Below, one piece after another: positions 9,900 to 19,524 of a stretch of 64,000 nt of DNA. How positions within the stretch are numbered: the first letter of the stretch is position 1; each line of letters starts with the position of its first letter. The position numbers were made by a program, and so were the translations under genes. A model generated the notes under the pieces. The model saw only the letters and a program-made list of their open reading frames with translations, was not told the origin of the DNA and made no database searches. Source of the DNA: Planctomycetota bacterium (lineage in GTDB: Bacteria > Planctomycetota > UBA11346); contig JADGDD010000002.1 of assembly GCA_016745075.1 (NCBI GenBank), positions 130,034-194,033 on the forward strand, written 5' to 3'.

Positions 9900-11045
9900 T
9901 TATCCCTTATCCACGAATAGTTTTGTAATGGAAAGGTCGCATGACTCTAATACCGATACGATAACTTCGGAAGCATTCCCTTGCCCATATATGTTATCAA
10001 TGTTTTTGTATTCACCGGCTAACAGGTTTGTATGGACACAAGTGATCGCATCAGATAATGAATCTGCTTTACAATCAGTGACATTGGAACTGCGAAGACG
10101 GCCTTTTTGTCTGTTTCCAATATTAATAACGGGTTTATTAAAACTGGCAGCTTCAATAATACCACTGGAAGTGTTTCCTATTAACATATCAACATGTTTC
10201 ATTGCACTTAAGTATCGCAGTTGACCAAGGCTTTTAACACATTTATATCGAATCGAATCACGAGAGCAAAAGGATTCGATCTTTTGGTTAATCATACGGC
10301 CACATTCATCTGAATTTGCGTATGTAAATAAAACGTGAAGTGAACTTTCTTTAATGCTATCAAGGATAGAATCTATCCCGCTAGCAGGGTCACTCTCTAG
10401 AGTGACTGGGTGATATGTAAAGAGCGCACTCTGGCAACCAAAATTCCAGTTAAGGCTGTCTTGAAGGTCATGTTTGGATAACATTTGTAAAGATTGAATG
10501 TTATCGAGACCAGGGGCGCCACTATTATATACTCGGGTGGGCTCTTCACCCATTTGGATAATTCTTTGTCGATATGGCTCAGTTGTAGCAAAATGTAAGG
10601 AGCTCATTTTAGTGATTGAGTGCCTGATTTGCTCATCAACTGCACCTTCGCTAATTTCTCCACCATGAATATGTGCAATAGGTATGTTCATAAGTAAGGC
10701 AGCGTTTGCAGCTGCATGAGTTTCATAACGATCGCCTAGAAGTAGAACAATATCGGGTTTCAATTGCTCGAATGCATCTGATAATAGTATCATAGCCAGG
10801 CCTGCTGATTTTGTTACGGCTGATTTTGAATCGGCAGATAGTAGATTTTCGATCTTTTTATCTATGCAAAATCCATCTGACTCAATTTGTTGATACGTGA
10901 GTCCGAATTCATTAGATAAGTGCATAGTTGATACAATGATTTGTAACTCTAAGGTATGAGAAGATTGTATTTTTTTCAAGATCGGAAAGAAAAGACCGTA
11001 TTCAGCACGAGTGCCAGTTATAATACATACTCTACGTTTATTCAT
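9900..11045 (-). CDS. UDP-N-acetylglucosamine 2-epimerase (hydrolysing), NeuC/LegG/PseG-type
   Basis: The N-terminus VCIITGTRAEYGL matches the NeuC family. The length is 381 aa. Confidence 0.8.
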   Translation of the reverse strand: MNKRRVCIITGTRAEYGLFFPILKKIQSSHTLELQIIVSTMHLSNEFGLTYQQIESDGFCIDKKIENLLSADSKSAVTKSAGLAMILLSDAFEQLKPDIVLLLGDRYETHAAANAALLMNIPIAHIHGGEISEGAVDEQIRHSITKMSSLHFATTEPYRQRIIQMGEEPTRVYNSGAPGLDNIQSLQMLSKHDLQDSLNWNFGCQSALFTYHPVTLESDPASGIDSILDSIKESSLHVLFTYANSDECGRMINQKIESFCSRDSIRYKCVKSLGQLRYLSAMKHVDMLIGNTSSGIIEAASFNKPVINIGNRQKGRLRSSNVTDCKADSLSDAITCVHTNLLAGEYKNIDNIYGQGNASEVIVSVLESCDLSITKLFVDKG

Positions 11046-12052
11046 GACATCAATAAATCATCAACGTTGTAGTCTTTTGTTGCGTAAGAACCTATTATTT
11101 CGTCCCAGCGCATAGGGCTAATTCCAGTTCCTGGTCTTTTTACTGTGATATTGTCTTTTGTAATTTTCTCCCCCTTCTTAATTTGACAAGACACTATAAT
11201 AGATTTGCGAGCAATCGCAATATTTGCTTTTTCACTTTTACTGGGTCTTTTTATCCCGTCTCCCATGGCTTTTTCAATCCTTCGGATTCCTCTCACCATA
11301 CTTGTAAGTTCGTATGGTTCTAAGCTTGCTTTGTGGTCTGGTCCATCCATATTTTTGTCTAGAGTAAAATGCTTTTCAATTACAGTAGCACCTCTTGCTA
11401 CAGCTGCGATAGGCACTTCAATTCCTGTGGTATGGTCACTATAGCCATAGTTTACTGAAAAGGCTGCCCCCATTGTTTCCATAGCTAATAGATTAACATC
11501 TTCTATTGGAGTTGGATATTGAGTATTTGCATGCAGTAGGACTATCTTTTCTCGTGCAGTGCCAGCAGTTGTAAGGATATTTACAGCAGCTTCGACTTCT
11601 CCAATGGATGCCATACCAGTGGACAGGATGATGTGTTTATTATACCCCCCCAATGTACGTAGGTAGGGTAGGTTTGTTATTTCACCACTTGGGATTTTGA
11701 AAAGAGGAAGTCCTAACTTATGGAGCATAGCAGCACTGTCAGTATCGAAAGGTGTTGAGAGAAAATCGATGTCCCGCTTTTTGCAATAGGCGATTAAGGT
11801 TTTGTGGGCATCGTCATCTAACTCGAGCTTTTTAATCATATCGAATTGAGACTCTTGGTGATCAGTATTTTGTTTCTGATAGTCTGCCTTGGGGGCGGTT
11901 TTAGAAACAAGCTTTTCAGCCTTGAAGGTTTGGAACTTTACAGCATCTGCACCTGCATCACTTGCTGCATCAACAAGCTGGCAAGCTGTCTGGAGAGATC
12001 CGTTGTGATTTACTCCAGCTTCAGCTATTATGTATACATTTTGATTAGACAT
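11042..12052 (-). CDS. nonulosonic acid synthase (NeuB/LegI/PseI) with a C-terminal SAF domain
   Basis: The N-terminus YIIAEAGVNHNGSL is typical, and a SAF/antifreeze-like domain ends the protein (...GEKITKDNITVKRPG). The length is 336 aa. Confidence 0.85.
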   Translation of the reverse strand: MSNQNVYIIAEAGVNHNGSLQTACQLVDAASDAGADAVKFQTFKAEKLVSKTAPKADYQKQNTDHQESQFDMIKKLELDDDAHKTLIAYCKKRDIDFLSTPFDTDSAAMLHKLGLPLFKIPSGEITNLPYLRTLGGYNKHIILSTGMASIGEVEAAVNILTTAGTAREKIVLLHANTQYPTPIEDVNLLAMETMGAAFSVNYGYSDHTTGIEVPIAAVARGATVIEKHFTLDKNMDGPDHKASLEPYELTSMVRGIRRIEKAMGDGIKRPSKSEKANIAIARKSIIVSCQIKKGEKITKDNITVKRPGTGISPMRWDEIIGSYATKDYNVDDLLMS

Positions 12053-12938
12053 TAAAACGATCCCCTACTCGGAATGCATTATCATATTCATATTCAATGA
12101 CTTTAATGAAGCTGTCTTTCGTTTTGACCAAGAAGCCGTCGGCGCTTTTTTGGAGTATTGCGCCGACAGTACAATTATATGTGGGTGCATCAGCAATGTA
12201 TTCAACTTTATTTATTTTCATTTCTGATCCATTGAGGTGTGTGCGAGCCTGTGGACCAGGAGTGCAAATGGCCCGAACAAAGTTAAAGAGATTCCGACTA
12301 TCTTGGTTCCAATGGATATTTTCGTCACCGAACTTTCGCTGAGAGCAATAAAAACCGACGGGGTGAACGTCGGTTTGTACTGTGCGTCGAACCATGTTTT
12401 TCTTAAATAGAATGATGGCATCATATAAAATGTTTGCGCATTCAATGTAGGCTACTTCAAGCAAAGTTTGGTAAGTATCTGCATCGGTAATAGGGTAACA
12501 GCGTTGAAGGATGATGTCACCTGTATCGATGCCTTCATCCATATAGTGAACTGTTATACCAAAATCTGTCTCGTCATTAATTAGAGCCCAGTTCAATATA
12601 TTACGGCCTCGGTAGAATGGTAATTTACCTGCATGGCAATTAATTGTATGGAAGCGTGGGAGAGTAATTATTTCTTTGCGAAAAATCTGGTTAAATGACA
12701 TAGAAACAAACAAGTCACAAGAAAATTTACTCACAAGTTTGATGAATTCAGGAGAATTTATATTGCGATGAAGTAAATATGGTATGTTGTGCATGTTGCA
12801 ATAGTCTTTGAGTATCGTGTCTTGCGTGTCATATCGAACACAAATAAATTCAATTTTTATCTCCTTGTCGGAGATGATCTTATCAAAGGCTTTGTGGCTC
12901 CATGGGCCATCAGCAAAGTATCCAATATGTAATGTCAT
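12045..12938 (-). CDS. formyltransferase family protein (Fmt/ArnA N-domain-like sugar N-formyltransferase)
   Basis: The formyl-transferase core is present (NCHAGKLPFYRGRNILNWALIN...HYMDEGIDTGDII). Confidence 0.7.
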   Translation of the reverse strand: MTLHIGYFADGPWSHKAFDKIISDKEIKIEFICVRYDTQDTILKDYCNMHNIPYLLHRNINSPEFIKLVSKFSCDLFVSMSFNQIFRKEIITLPRFHTINCHAGKLPFYRGRNILNWALINDETDFGITVHYMDEGIDTGDIILQRCYPITDADTYQTLLEVAYIECANILYDAIILFKKNMVRRTVQTDVHPVGFYCSQRKFGDENIHWNQDSRNLFNFVRAICTPGPQARTHLNGSEMKINKVEYIADAPTYNCTVGAILQKSADGFLVKTKDSFIKVIEYEYDNAFRVGDRFNV

Positions 12939-14086
12939 GTTAGTGTACGTGCTCCACTTGGGATGTTAACAACTCTCTCAGATAGCCACATAGAATTATC
13001 TAAAGGCCCTGATTGGCAATGCTTGAACATAGTGAGTTTTGGCATCAAAGTCCAGATAGGGCGCACCATTATTTGTTGTTTATTGGCGTGCTCAATGAAT
13101 GCATCGCGTTGACTTTGATCGTGAAAAATAATTGCATTGAGCCAATAGTTGGAGCGGCTTGATGGTGGTTCGTGAGCGAAGGCAGGAGAATTTGTTTTTT
13201 TGAAGAAGTCAGCGTAGAGTTGGGCGATTTTTCGTTTGTCACTTAAGATGGCATCAAGCTGCTCCATTTGAGCGACTCCTAATGCGGCGTTAAGGTTGGG
13301 CATTCGGTAATTATAGCCAATTTGATCATGAATATACTCATATGGGTGAGGCGTCTTGGCTGTTGTTGTTAAGTGTTTGGCTTGATTGGCAAACTCCTGG
13401 TCATCGGTGATGATGATTCCTCCTCCACCTGTTGTTATCGTCTTGTTTCCATTAAAACTCAGAGCGCTAGCGAGGCCAATGCGACCGCTATGCAAGGTGT
13501 CAATATAGCTTCCTAAGGACTCAGCTGCATCTTCAATTACTTGAATATTAAACTTTTTGCAAATTGCAGCGATTTTAAGAATTCGACACGGATGCCCGAA
13601 GGTATGCATGGGAACACAGGCTTTGATAATCCGCCCCGTCGTTGTGTTGATACATTGACCGTCTTGGATGCGGGTGTTTTCATGAAGAAAACTTTCAAGT
13701 GCATCTGGAGAAAGTCCCATTGTATTTTTATCGACATCTACGAAGACAGGGTGAGCATTACAGTAGTTAATCGCATTGCAGGTTGCAACGAATGTTAATG
13801 GTTGGGTGATGACTTCATCATTTGTTTGAACACCTGCAAGTAAAAGGGTTATGTGCAATGCGGATGTGCCGTTAGATGTTGCAATTGCATATTTTGCACC
13901 TGTAAATTTTGCAATCATGTCTTCAAATTGGTTGACAAATTTTCCGACAGATGAAACAAATGTTGATTCTATACATTCGTTCAGGTAGCTTTTTTCGTTG
14001 CCAATAAACAAGGGTTCGTGTAGCGGGATAAATTTGTCTGTTTGGTAGATGTTTCTGATGAAATCTGTGATTTCTTGAAATGTCAT
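12935..14086 (-). CDS. DegT/DnrJ/EryC1/StrS family PLP-dependent sugar aminotransferase (LegC/PseC-like)
   Basis: The sequence matches the family over 383 aa and contains the PLP-lysine region SFNGNKTITTGGGG. Confidence 0.8.
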   Translation of the reverse strand: MTFQEITDFIRNIYQTDKFIPLHEPLFIGNEKSYLNECIESTFVSSVGKFVNQFEDMIAKFTGAKYAIATSNGTSALHITLLLAGVQTNDEVITQPLTFVATCNAINYCNAHPVFVDVDKNTMGLSPDALESFLHENTRIQDGQCINTTTGRIIKACVPMHTFGHPCRILKIAAICKKFNIQVIEDAAESLGSYIDTLHSGRIGLASALSFNGNKTITTGGGGIIITDDQEFANQAKHLTTTAKTPHPYEYIHDQIGYNYRMPNLNAALGVAQMEQLDAILSDKRKIAQLYADFFKKTNSPAFAHEPPSSRSNYWLNAIIFHDQSQRDAFIEHANKQQIMVRPIWTLMPKLTMFKHCQSGPLDNSMWLSERVVNIPSGARTLT

Positions 14087-14090
14087 GATA

Positions 14091-15284
14091 TCACATCTTC
14101 CCGTCTAGGTATTTGCCAGTTTCTTTGTGGCCAAAATTAGGAACCATTTTGTGGAAGAGTTTAACGATGTCTTCTTTTTTCCATGTACGGGAAGCCTTGA
14201 GGTCAGAAATCGTTTTTTCAAATTCATCAAGCAGCGACTTGTCAAACTGTGCTTCGTTTTTAATGACACCAAGATTATTAAAACGTTCCATGTCGAGAGT
14301 TTCTTGATCTGTAAAAAATTCTTCGAAATCTTTTTCGCCAGTGGTGTCGCTTTTGGTAAATAAGCAGGGCCATTTTTTCTTTGCTGGCAAGGTTTTAACT
14401 AAAGTCCGAGCTTCGTCTTCTGTATCACAAAGATGTGGTTCGTAGCCTTTCGCTTGCAGATAGCGAACTGCAATGTCAGCAAAAGATATGAGGTCTAGCT
14501 TTTCACTCAGTTTTGGGAAGAAAATGTCTCTGTTTTCGCCAAAAACACAACTCATTAAGCAGAGTTCACCAGCTTCCTGTGGAGTCACAAAATATCTTTT
14601 GATGTCATTGGGAGCAACGATGGGTTGTTGTTTCTCCAGTCTTTGATTGAAGCCGTGCAGTAGAGACCCATCAGAAAATGCAACATTTGCAAATCGAGCG
14701 GTAGAAATATTTATCTCTAAGCTCTTTTTCATTAGGAACATTTCCATGATGCGTTTACTTGCCCCCATCATATTAGCAGGGTTTGCAGCTTTATCGGTGG
14801 AAACACAAAAGTATTTCTTTACGTGTGCTGTAATAGATTGTTGCAGGGTTTTATCCGTATTAAAAACATTAACATCTATCATCCGCATGAGCGTATATGG
14901 ATCTTTTTCGCTTCGTACATGTTTGAGGGCTGAAAGGTTTAAGACATAATCATATGCCCCATCAGCTTTGATAAAAGCGTCGTATTCAAGTGAGCCAATA
15001 TCGAGAGCAAAAGTTTGGAAATCTCCGTCAATATAACCGAATGAACTTCTAATATCACGAACTAACTCTACCATGTTGTTTTCGCTAATATCAACAACAT
15101 GAAGTTTTTTTGGGTTTCTCTTAAATATTTCTTTTGTCACTGCTTGGCCAATAGAACCAGCGCCGCCAACAACTAGAAAAGAGGAGGATGGAATAATACG
15201 CCCAAGCTCAGCTTCATGCTGGGCTATATCTGCTGCAAACAACGCGGCATTTCTGCCTATCAAATTCAATATGTTTTGAGACAT
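14091..15284 (-). CDS. polysaccharide biosynthesis protein of the CapD/PseB/LegB type, NAD(P)-dependent nucleotide-sugar 4,6-dehydratase
   Basis: The Rossmann motif FLVVGGAGSIGQAV is present and the overall sequence is extended-SDR dehydratase-like. Confidence 0.7.
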   Translation of the reverse strand: MSQNILNLIGRNAALFAADIAQHEAELGRIIPSSSFLVVGGAGSIGQAVTKEIFKRNPKKLHVVDISENNMVELVRDIRSSFGYIDGDFQTFALDIGSLEYDAFIKADGAYDYVLNLSALKHVRSEKDPYTLMRMIDVNVFNTDKTLQQSITAHVKKYFCVSTDKAANPANMMGASKRIMEMFLMKKSLEINISTARFANVAFSDGSLLHGFNQRLEKQQPIVAPNDIKRYFVTPQEAGELCLMSCVFGENRDIFFPKLSEKLDLISFADIAVRYLQAKGYEPHLCDTEDEARTLVKTLPAKKKWPCLFTKSDTTGEKDFEEFFTDQETLDMERFNNLGVIKNEAQFDKSLLDEFEKTISDLKASRTWKKEDIVKLFHKMVPNFGHKETGKYLDGKM

Positions 15285-15298
15285 AGAATTTGCTCTCC

Positions 15299-16624
15299 TT
15301 ACTTACTGCCTATTTGGAAATACTCAAAGCCGCTTTGGGTAAGTTTTTCTTTATTATATTGATTTCGTCCATCAAAGATGACCGGTGTTTTTAATTGTGA
15401 TTGTATTTCAATGAAATCAGGTGAACGGAATTCTTTCCATTCGGTTATGAGTATTAAGCCATCAGCGTTAGTGAGAGCCGTGTATTTACTTTCAACATAT
15501 TCAACGCGGCTATTACCTTTAAGGTAGCATTCTTTGGCTTCATGAACTGCTTTCGGGTCATACGCCTTAATTATAGCACCGCGTTGAGTCAGTTCATTAA
15601 TGACCGTGATAGAGGTTGCTTCGCGCATATCATCGGTTTCCGGTTTGAATGAGAGGCCCCATACGGCAAAAGTCATTCCTGATAAATCTTCTCCAAACCG
15701 TTGGATGACTTTTTGTGATAAAACGAATTTTTGTTTGTCATTAACGTCTTCAACTGATTTGAGAATTTTTGTGTCGTAATTATTGTCAGCAGCCGTTTTA
15801 ATTAGCGCTCGTACATCTTTTGGGAAACAGCTGCCGCCATATCCGCAGCCTGGATAAATAAAGTGGTAGCCAATTCGCTCATCTGAACCAATGCCGTTGC
15901 GTACAGCATTCACGTCGGCGCCAACCATCTCGCAGATATTGGCAATTTCATTCATAAATGAAATTTTTGTAGCGAGCATTGCATTAGCGGTGTATTTTGT
16001 CATTTCCGCAGATTTAACATCCATGGTGACGATACGGTTGTGATTATGGACAAAAGGCTCGTACAACTCTTTCATGACATCAAACGACTGTTGGTCGTTG
16101 GCACCAATGACAACGCGGTCAGGACGCATGAAGTCATTGATGGCAGCACCCTCTTTGAGAAATTCCGGATTTGAAATGACTGAGAAATAAAAGTTTTCTT
16201 TACGAATGTCCAACTGTTTATGGATTTCAGCAGCTACTTTTTCTGCAGTGCCAACAGGAACAGTCGATTTATCTACGACATACATATCATGTACCATATG
16301 GGTGCCGATTTCAGAGGCTACTTGTAAAACATATTTAAGATCTGCGCTTCCGTCTTCTCCCATTGGTGTACCAACGGCGATAAAACAAATGTCAGAATGC
16401 GCTAAAGCTTCCTGTATGCTGGTGGTGAAATGAAGAGATTTTTTTTCTATGTTTTCTTTAACGAGTTTTTCAAGTCGTGGTTCATAAATGGGTACAATAC
16501 CGTCTTGCAGTCTTGTGATTTTCTTGCTGTCGATATCGACACAGGTGACGGTGTTTCCCATTTCGGCAAAACAGGTGCCTGTGACGAGTCCAACATACCC
16601 TGTTCCTATGACTGATATTTTCAC
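15299..16624 (-). CDS. ugd: UDP-glucose 6-dehydrogenase (UDP-glucose/GDP-mannose dehydrogenase family)
   Basis: The N-terminus MKISVIGTGYVGLVTG and a catalytic Cys in the GGSCFPKD motif are present. The length is 441 aa, and the product could feed the UXS gene at 1600. Confidence 0.8.
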   Translation of the reverse strand: MKISVIGTGYVGLVTGTCFAEMGNTVTCVDIDSKKITRLQDGIVPIYEPRLEKLVKENIEKKSLHFTTSIQEALAHSDICFIAVGTPMGEDGSADLKYVLQVASEIGTHMVHDMYVVDKSTVPVGTAEKVAAEIHKQLDIRKENFYFSVISNPEFLKEGAAINDFMRPDRVVIGANDQQSFDVMKELYEPFVHNHNRIVTMDVKSAEMTKYTANAMLATKISFMNEIANICEMVGADVNAVRNGIGSDERIGYHFIYPGCGYGGSCFPKDVRALIKTAADNNYDTKILKSVEDVNDKQKFVLSQKVIQRFGEDLSGMTFAVWGLSFKPETDDMREATSITVINELTQRGAIIKAYDPKAVHEAKECYLKGNSRVEYVESKYTALTNADGLILITEWKEFRSPDFIEIQSQLKTPVIFDGRNQYNKEKLTQSGFEYFQIGSK

Positions 16625-16848
16625 AAAATCCCTTTATCTTCTCAGTTTCCCTATAGTAGGACGCGCTTCGCGCACATCACCTAGGGGCTAAGTGAGTAAC
16701 GCAAGGACGCAACGTACCTTGCCACATAGGTTTAGACAAGTGGCAATATTTGTGTCATAACGCTTTTCCCTGCGTTTCTTACGAATATTTATACTATTGT
16801 TTGGGTTGAAAAAGGAGTAAGTAAAGTCCCTATAGAGGATTCTATTAC
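16625..16848 (-). promoter_or_regulatory. 224 bp intergenic leader/promoter region upstream of the 17-gene sugar operon
   Basis: This is the only long gap in an otherwise contiguous minus-strand gene string. Two copies of a near-palindromic TCCCTATAG(T)AGGA motif sit at 16647-16660 and 16826-16838. Confidence 0.35.
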
Positions 16849-18441
16849 TTACTTAGTAGGCTTAAGCAGTATAGTCAAGGCGGTGCCGCCTAAGGCAAGT
16901 ACTATGATGGTAATAAATGACAAGATCATCTTTTTGGTGCTCAGCATTGTACTGATTTCGTAGGACACGGGTCCACTTAATGAATAGAGGGCTCCGCTTC
17001 TGTTGAGTTGTACTGCAGATAATTCTTCATGAATATCTTGCATATTTTCAAGGAGAGAAGCAATTGTTCTTGATGTTGCGCTCATCTGAGCATTAAAGTG
17101 AGACTTTGTTTCTTCTGTTTCGTTAGATGCATCGTCAACGAATATGCTGCCTTTTTTCGAGGCGTATTGTTTGTAGAAGAGCATTTCTTTTTTCAGTTCT
17201 GCAACATTGTAACCGTGTTGAATCATTTTATCAAGTAATGCCTGCCGATATTGAGTTTGACCAACTTCTTGTACTAAAGCAGTGATTTTGTCCATCATGG
17301 CACCATCAATGGAGCTGCCAAGAGTATAGATTGATTGTGGATGGAGTTGTGTAGAGGATGGAGTTGTTGTAGGGAGTTGCTGTGCTGTGGCTGCAGTAGT
17401 CATAAGGTTTTGTCGATCCCATGCCTCTTGCAGGACTGTGCCTTGGTCGGTAAGCAGTTTTTCATCTAAACGGAGGCTCTCAAGGCGAGTTTCTGCATAA
17501 AACTGGTTAGTTTTTCCGTTATTTTTATCATTAAAGAAACGCGCATATTCTGTAAGCATAGGAAAGCGAAATGATTCGATTCCTTGTAACTGCATGGTGA
17601 TTTCTTCTAATGACATGCCGTTTGGTAAGCGTGTTTGTAGAGCACCAGGCATATTTTTTATATGAGATAGTTGTGCTTGAGCTTTGTCGAGAATTTGCTT
17701 ATAGGCATCGATACGCATTAACGCATCTTCTTGGTTTGAAAAGACAGCTGTTTCTAGAATAGATGGGCTCAATAGGCCACCAGTTAAGCGAAACGCTCCT
17801 TTGCGTTCAATAGCATCATTTGCCCAAGTTGATAAAATGTCAGTTAATGTTTTTTCTACTATTGAACGAGGAATCTCGGGAAGTCCTTCACCAAACCAGC
17901 GTAATTTAAATGCTGGCTGTTTAAGAGAAGACATTCGTTTTTTGTAGTTTGCTTCAATTTCAGCTTGCTCAGTAACAGTAAGTCCTTTTTTACTCAACTG
18001 AGAAACGAATTCCATGCGAGCCAATTCAACTCCATCATTCATTTCTGTTACAATAATAGCTTGATTGAATTGCTGTAGGGTAAGATAATTTGATATCTCA
18101 CTGTTGTCATAAACTTCTGTCAGAATAGAGAGGTCAGCTATGTTGGAATAATGGAAGGGCTGCCCGTTCGGATAACTTCCTTGCATGGATGTTCCGAAGC
18201 TAAGTTCAAAAGGCTGTGTAAGTTCTTGTGTTTTAGGAATTGTTAGGCGGGCCAAAAGAAGAGTGGAACCAGTAATAATGCCTACGAGGAGTAGAACTGA
18301 GACAATAATGCCACTCTTGGTGAATAATTTACCAAGAACATCAGAAATCGATATTTCATCTGAATTATAGGTGGTGGCAGGCTGGTGAGGCAAAGATTCT
18401 TGGTTCATAGCAGGAAAATATCGTTCATGCTCTTTTTGCAA
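16849..18441 (-). CDS. bitopic membrane protein with Wzz/polysaccharide co-polymerase-like topology (tentative)
   Basis: A cytoplasmic N-tail of about 35 aa leads into a TM helix (GIIVSVLLLVGIITGSTLLL), then a large hydrophilic, coiled-coil-rich domain, then a second TM helix near the C-terminus (ILSFITIIVLALGGTALTILL). Confidence 0.45.
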   Translation of the reverse strand: MQKEHERYFPAMNQESLPHQPATTYNSDEISISDVLGKLFTKSGIIVSVLLLVGIITGSTLLLARLTIPKTQELTQPFELSFGTSMQGSYPNGQPFHYSNIADLSILTEVYDNSEISNYLTLQQFNQAIIVTEMNDGVELARMEFVSQLSKKGLTVTEQAEIEANYKKRMSSLKQPAFKLRWFGEGLPEIPRSIVEKTLTDILSTWANDAIERKGAFRLTGGLLSPSILETAVFSNQEDALMRIDAYKQILDKAQAQLSHIKNMPGALQTRLPNGMSLEEITMQLQGIESFRFPMLTEYARFFNDKNNGKTNQFYAETRLESLRLDEKLLTDQGTVLQEAWDRQNLMTTAATAQQLPTTTPSSTQLHPQSIYTLGSSIDGAMMDKITALVQEVGQTQYRQALLDKMIQHGYNVAELKKEMLFYKQYASKKGSIFVDDASNETEETKSHFNAQMSATSRTIASLLENMQDIHEELSAVQLNRSGALYSLSGPVSYEISTMLSTKKMILSFITIIVLALGGTALTILLKPTK

Positions 18442-18591
18442 GGAGTGAAGAATGGGTAAATATCGGAATTATCGGCCCTTTTTACGTTTCGTGTGATTCA
18501 TATGTCTATCTTGAGGCGTGCGTGCTGGTTAAAATATGCGCAATGTGTATGGGTTTAAAATGAACAAAGAAATATTTATCTCTCTTTGTTT

Positions 18592-19524
18592 CTACAGAAG
18601 GGCTTCAGCTGGAACATTGGCAATTAAATCGCTGAATACATCTTCTAAGCTGCGTCGCTCTTCAACCAATTCGCGTAGGCCGCCATGTGTTTGTGCTAAG
18701 TCTATAATCAGCCCGCGTGCATCGGGTGGTGCATCTAGTAGGCATCCGTCATCAGTAGAGGAGACCATGGTGATATGTTTGTGCTCTGAAAGGGCTGTTT
18801 GAAATGTTTCAAGTTGTGACTGTTCAAAGCGAACGGAAACGCGGGTGACTTGGCGTGAACGTTTGCAGAGATCATCAACAGATTCTTCTAAAATACTGCG
18901 GCCTTCATGGACAACAATAACTCGTTTGGCACAAAGTTCGACCTCTGATAAAATATGGGTCGATAATAAAATGCTGTGACGCTGGCTGAGATCAATTAAC
19001 AAACGACGAAATCGAGCAACTTGTGTGGGGTCAAGGCCAGCAGTGGGTTCATCTAAAATTAAAATAGGTGGGCGGCCAAGTAGTGCTTGGGCAAGACCAG
19101 CGCGTTGTTGATTGCCTCCAGATAATTTTCGCAAATGTCTATTAGCAACAGGTTCAAGCTGACATGCCTCAATTGCTTCAACCACTTCGCGGCGGCGTTG
19201 ACGTTTGGGGATATTTTTCAAACGAGCACAGTGATCTAAATAAGAACTAACCGTCATATCTGGGTAGAGTGGTAATTGTTGGGGTAAATAGCCAATCTGC
19301 TGACGGCAGGCAATAGGGTTATCGGCAGCATCAATGCCATTAATAATAACCTTACCAGAACTGGGTGCCACAAATCCTGCCATGATTTTCATGGAAGTCG
19401 ATTTCCCTGCACCATTTGGTCCAAGAAAACCAACAATTTCGTGTTCATCTAAAGAAAGTGAAACATCGTGCAATGCTTGTACGGTGCCATAGCGCTTGGA
19501 TAAATTTTTGGCGATAAGTTTCAT
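18592..19524 (-). CDS. ABC transporter ATP-binding protein (ABC-2/CcmA/GldA-like) with no adjacent permease
   Basis: Walker A (GPNGAGKST), the ABC signature (LSGGNQQR) and Walker B (ILILDEPTAGLD) are all present. Confidence 0.8.
   Translation of the reverse strand: MKLIAKNLSKRYGTVQALHDVSLSLDEHEIVGFLGPNGAGKSTSMKIMAGFVAPSSGKVIINGIDAADNPIACRQQIGYLPQQLPLYPDMTVSSYLDHCARLKNIPKRQRRREVVEAIEACQLEPVANRHLRKLSGGNQQRAGLAQALLGRPPILILDEPTAGLDPTQVARFRRLLIDLSQRHSILLSTHILSEVELCAKRVIVVHEGRSILEESVDDLCKRSRQVTRVSVRFEQSQLETFQTALSEHKHITMVSSTDDGCLLDAPPDARGLIIDLAQTHGGLRELVEERRSLEDVFSDLIANVPAEALL

Noticed and set aside
16849-18441. GldG-like gliding-motility ABC auxiliary protein as an alternative call for the 530 aa bitopic protein
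   Set aside because: The protein has an N-terminal cytoplasmic tail of about 35 aa before TM1, which is the Wzz/PCP arrangement. No GldF-type permease lies nearby. The call is kept as Wzz-like with low confidence.
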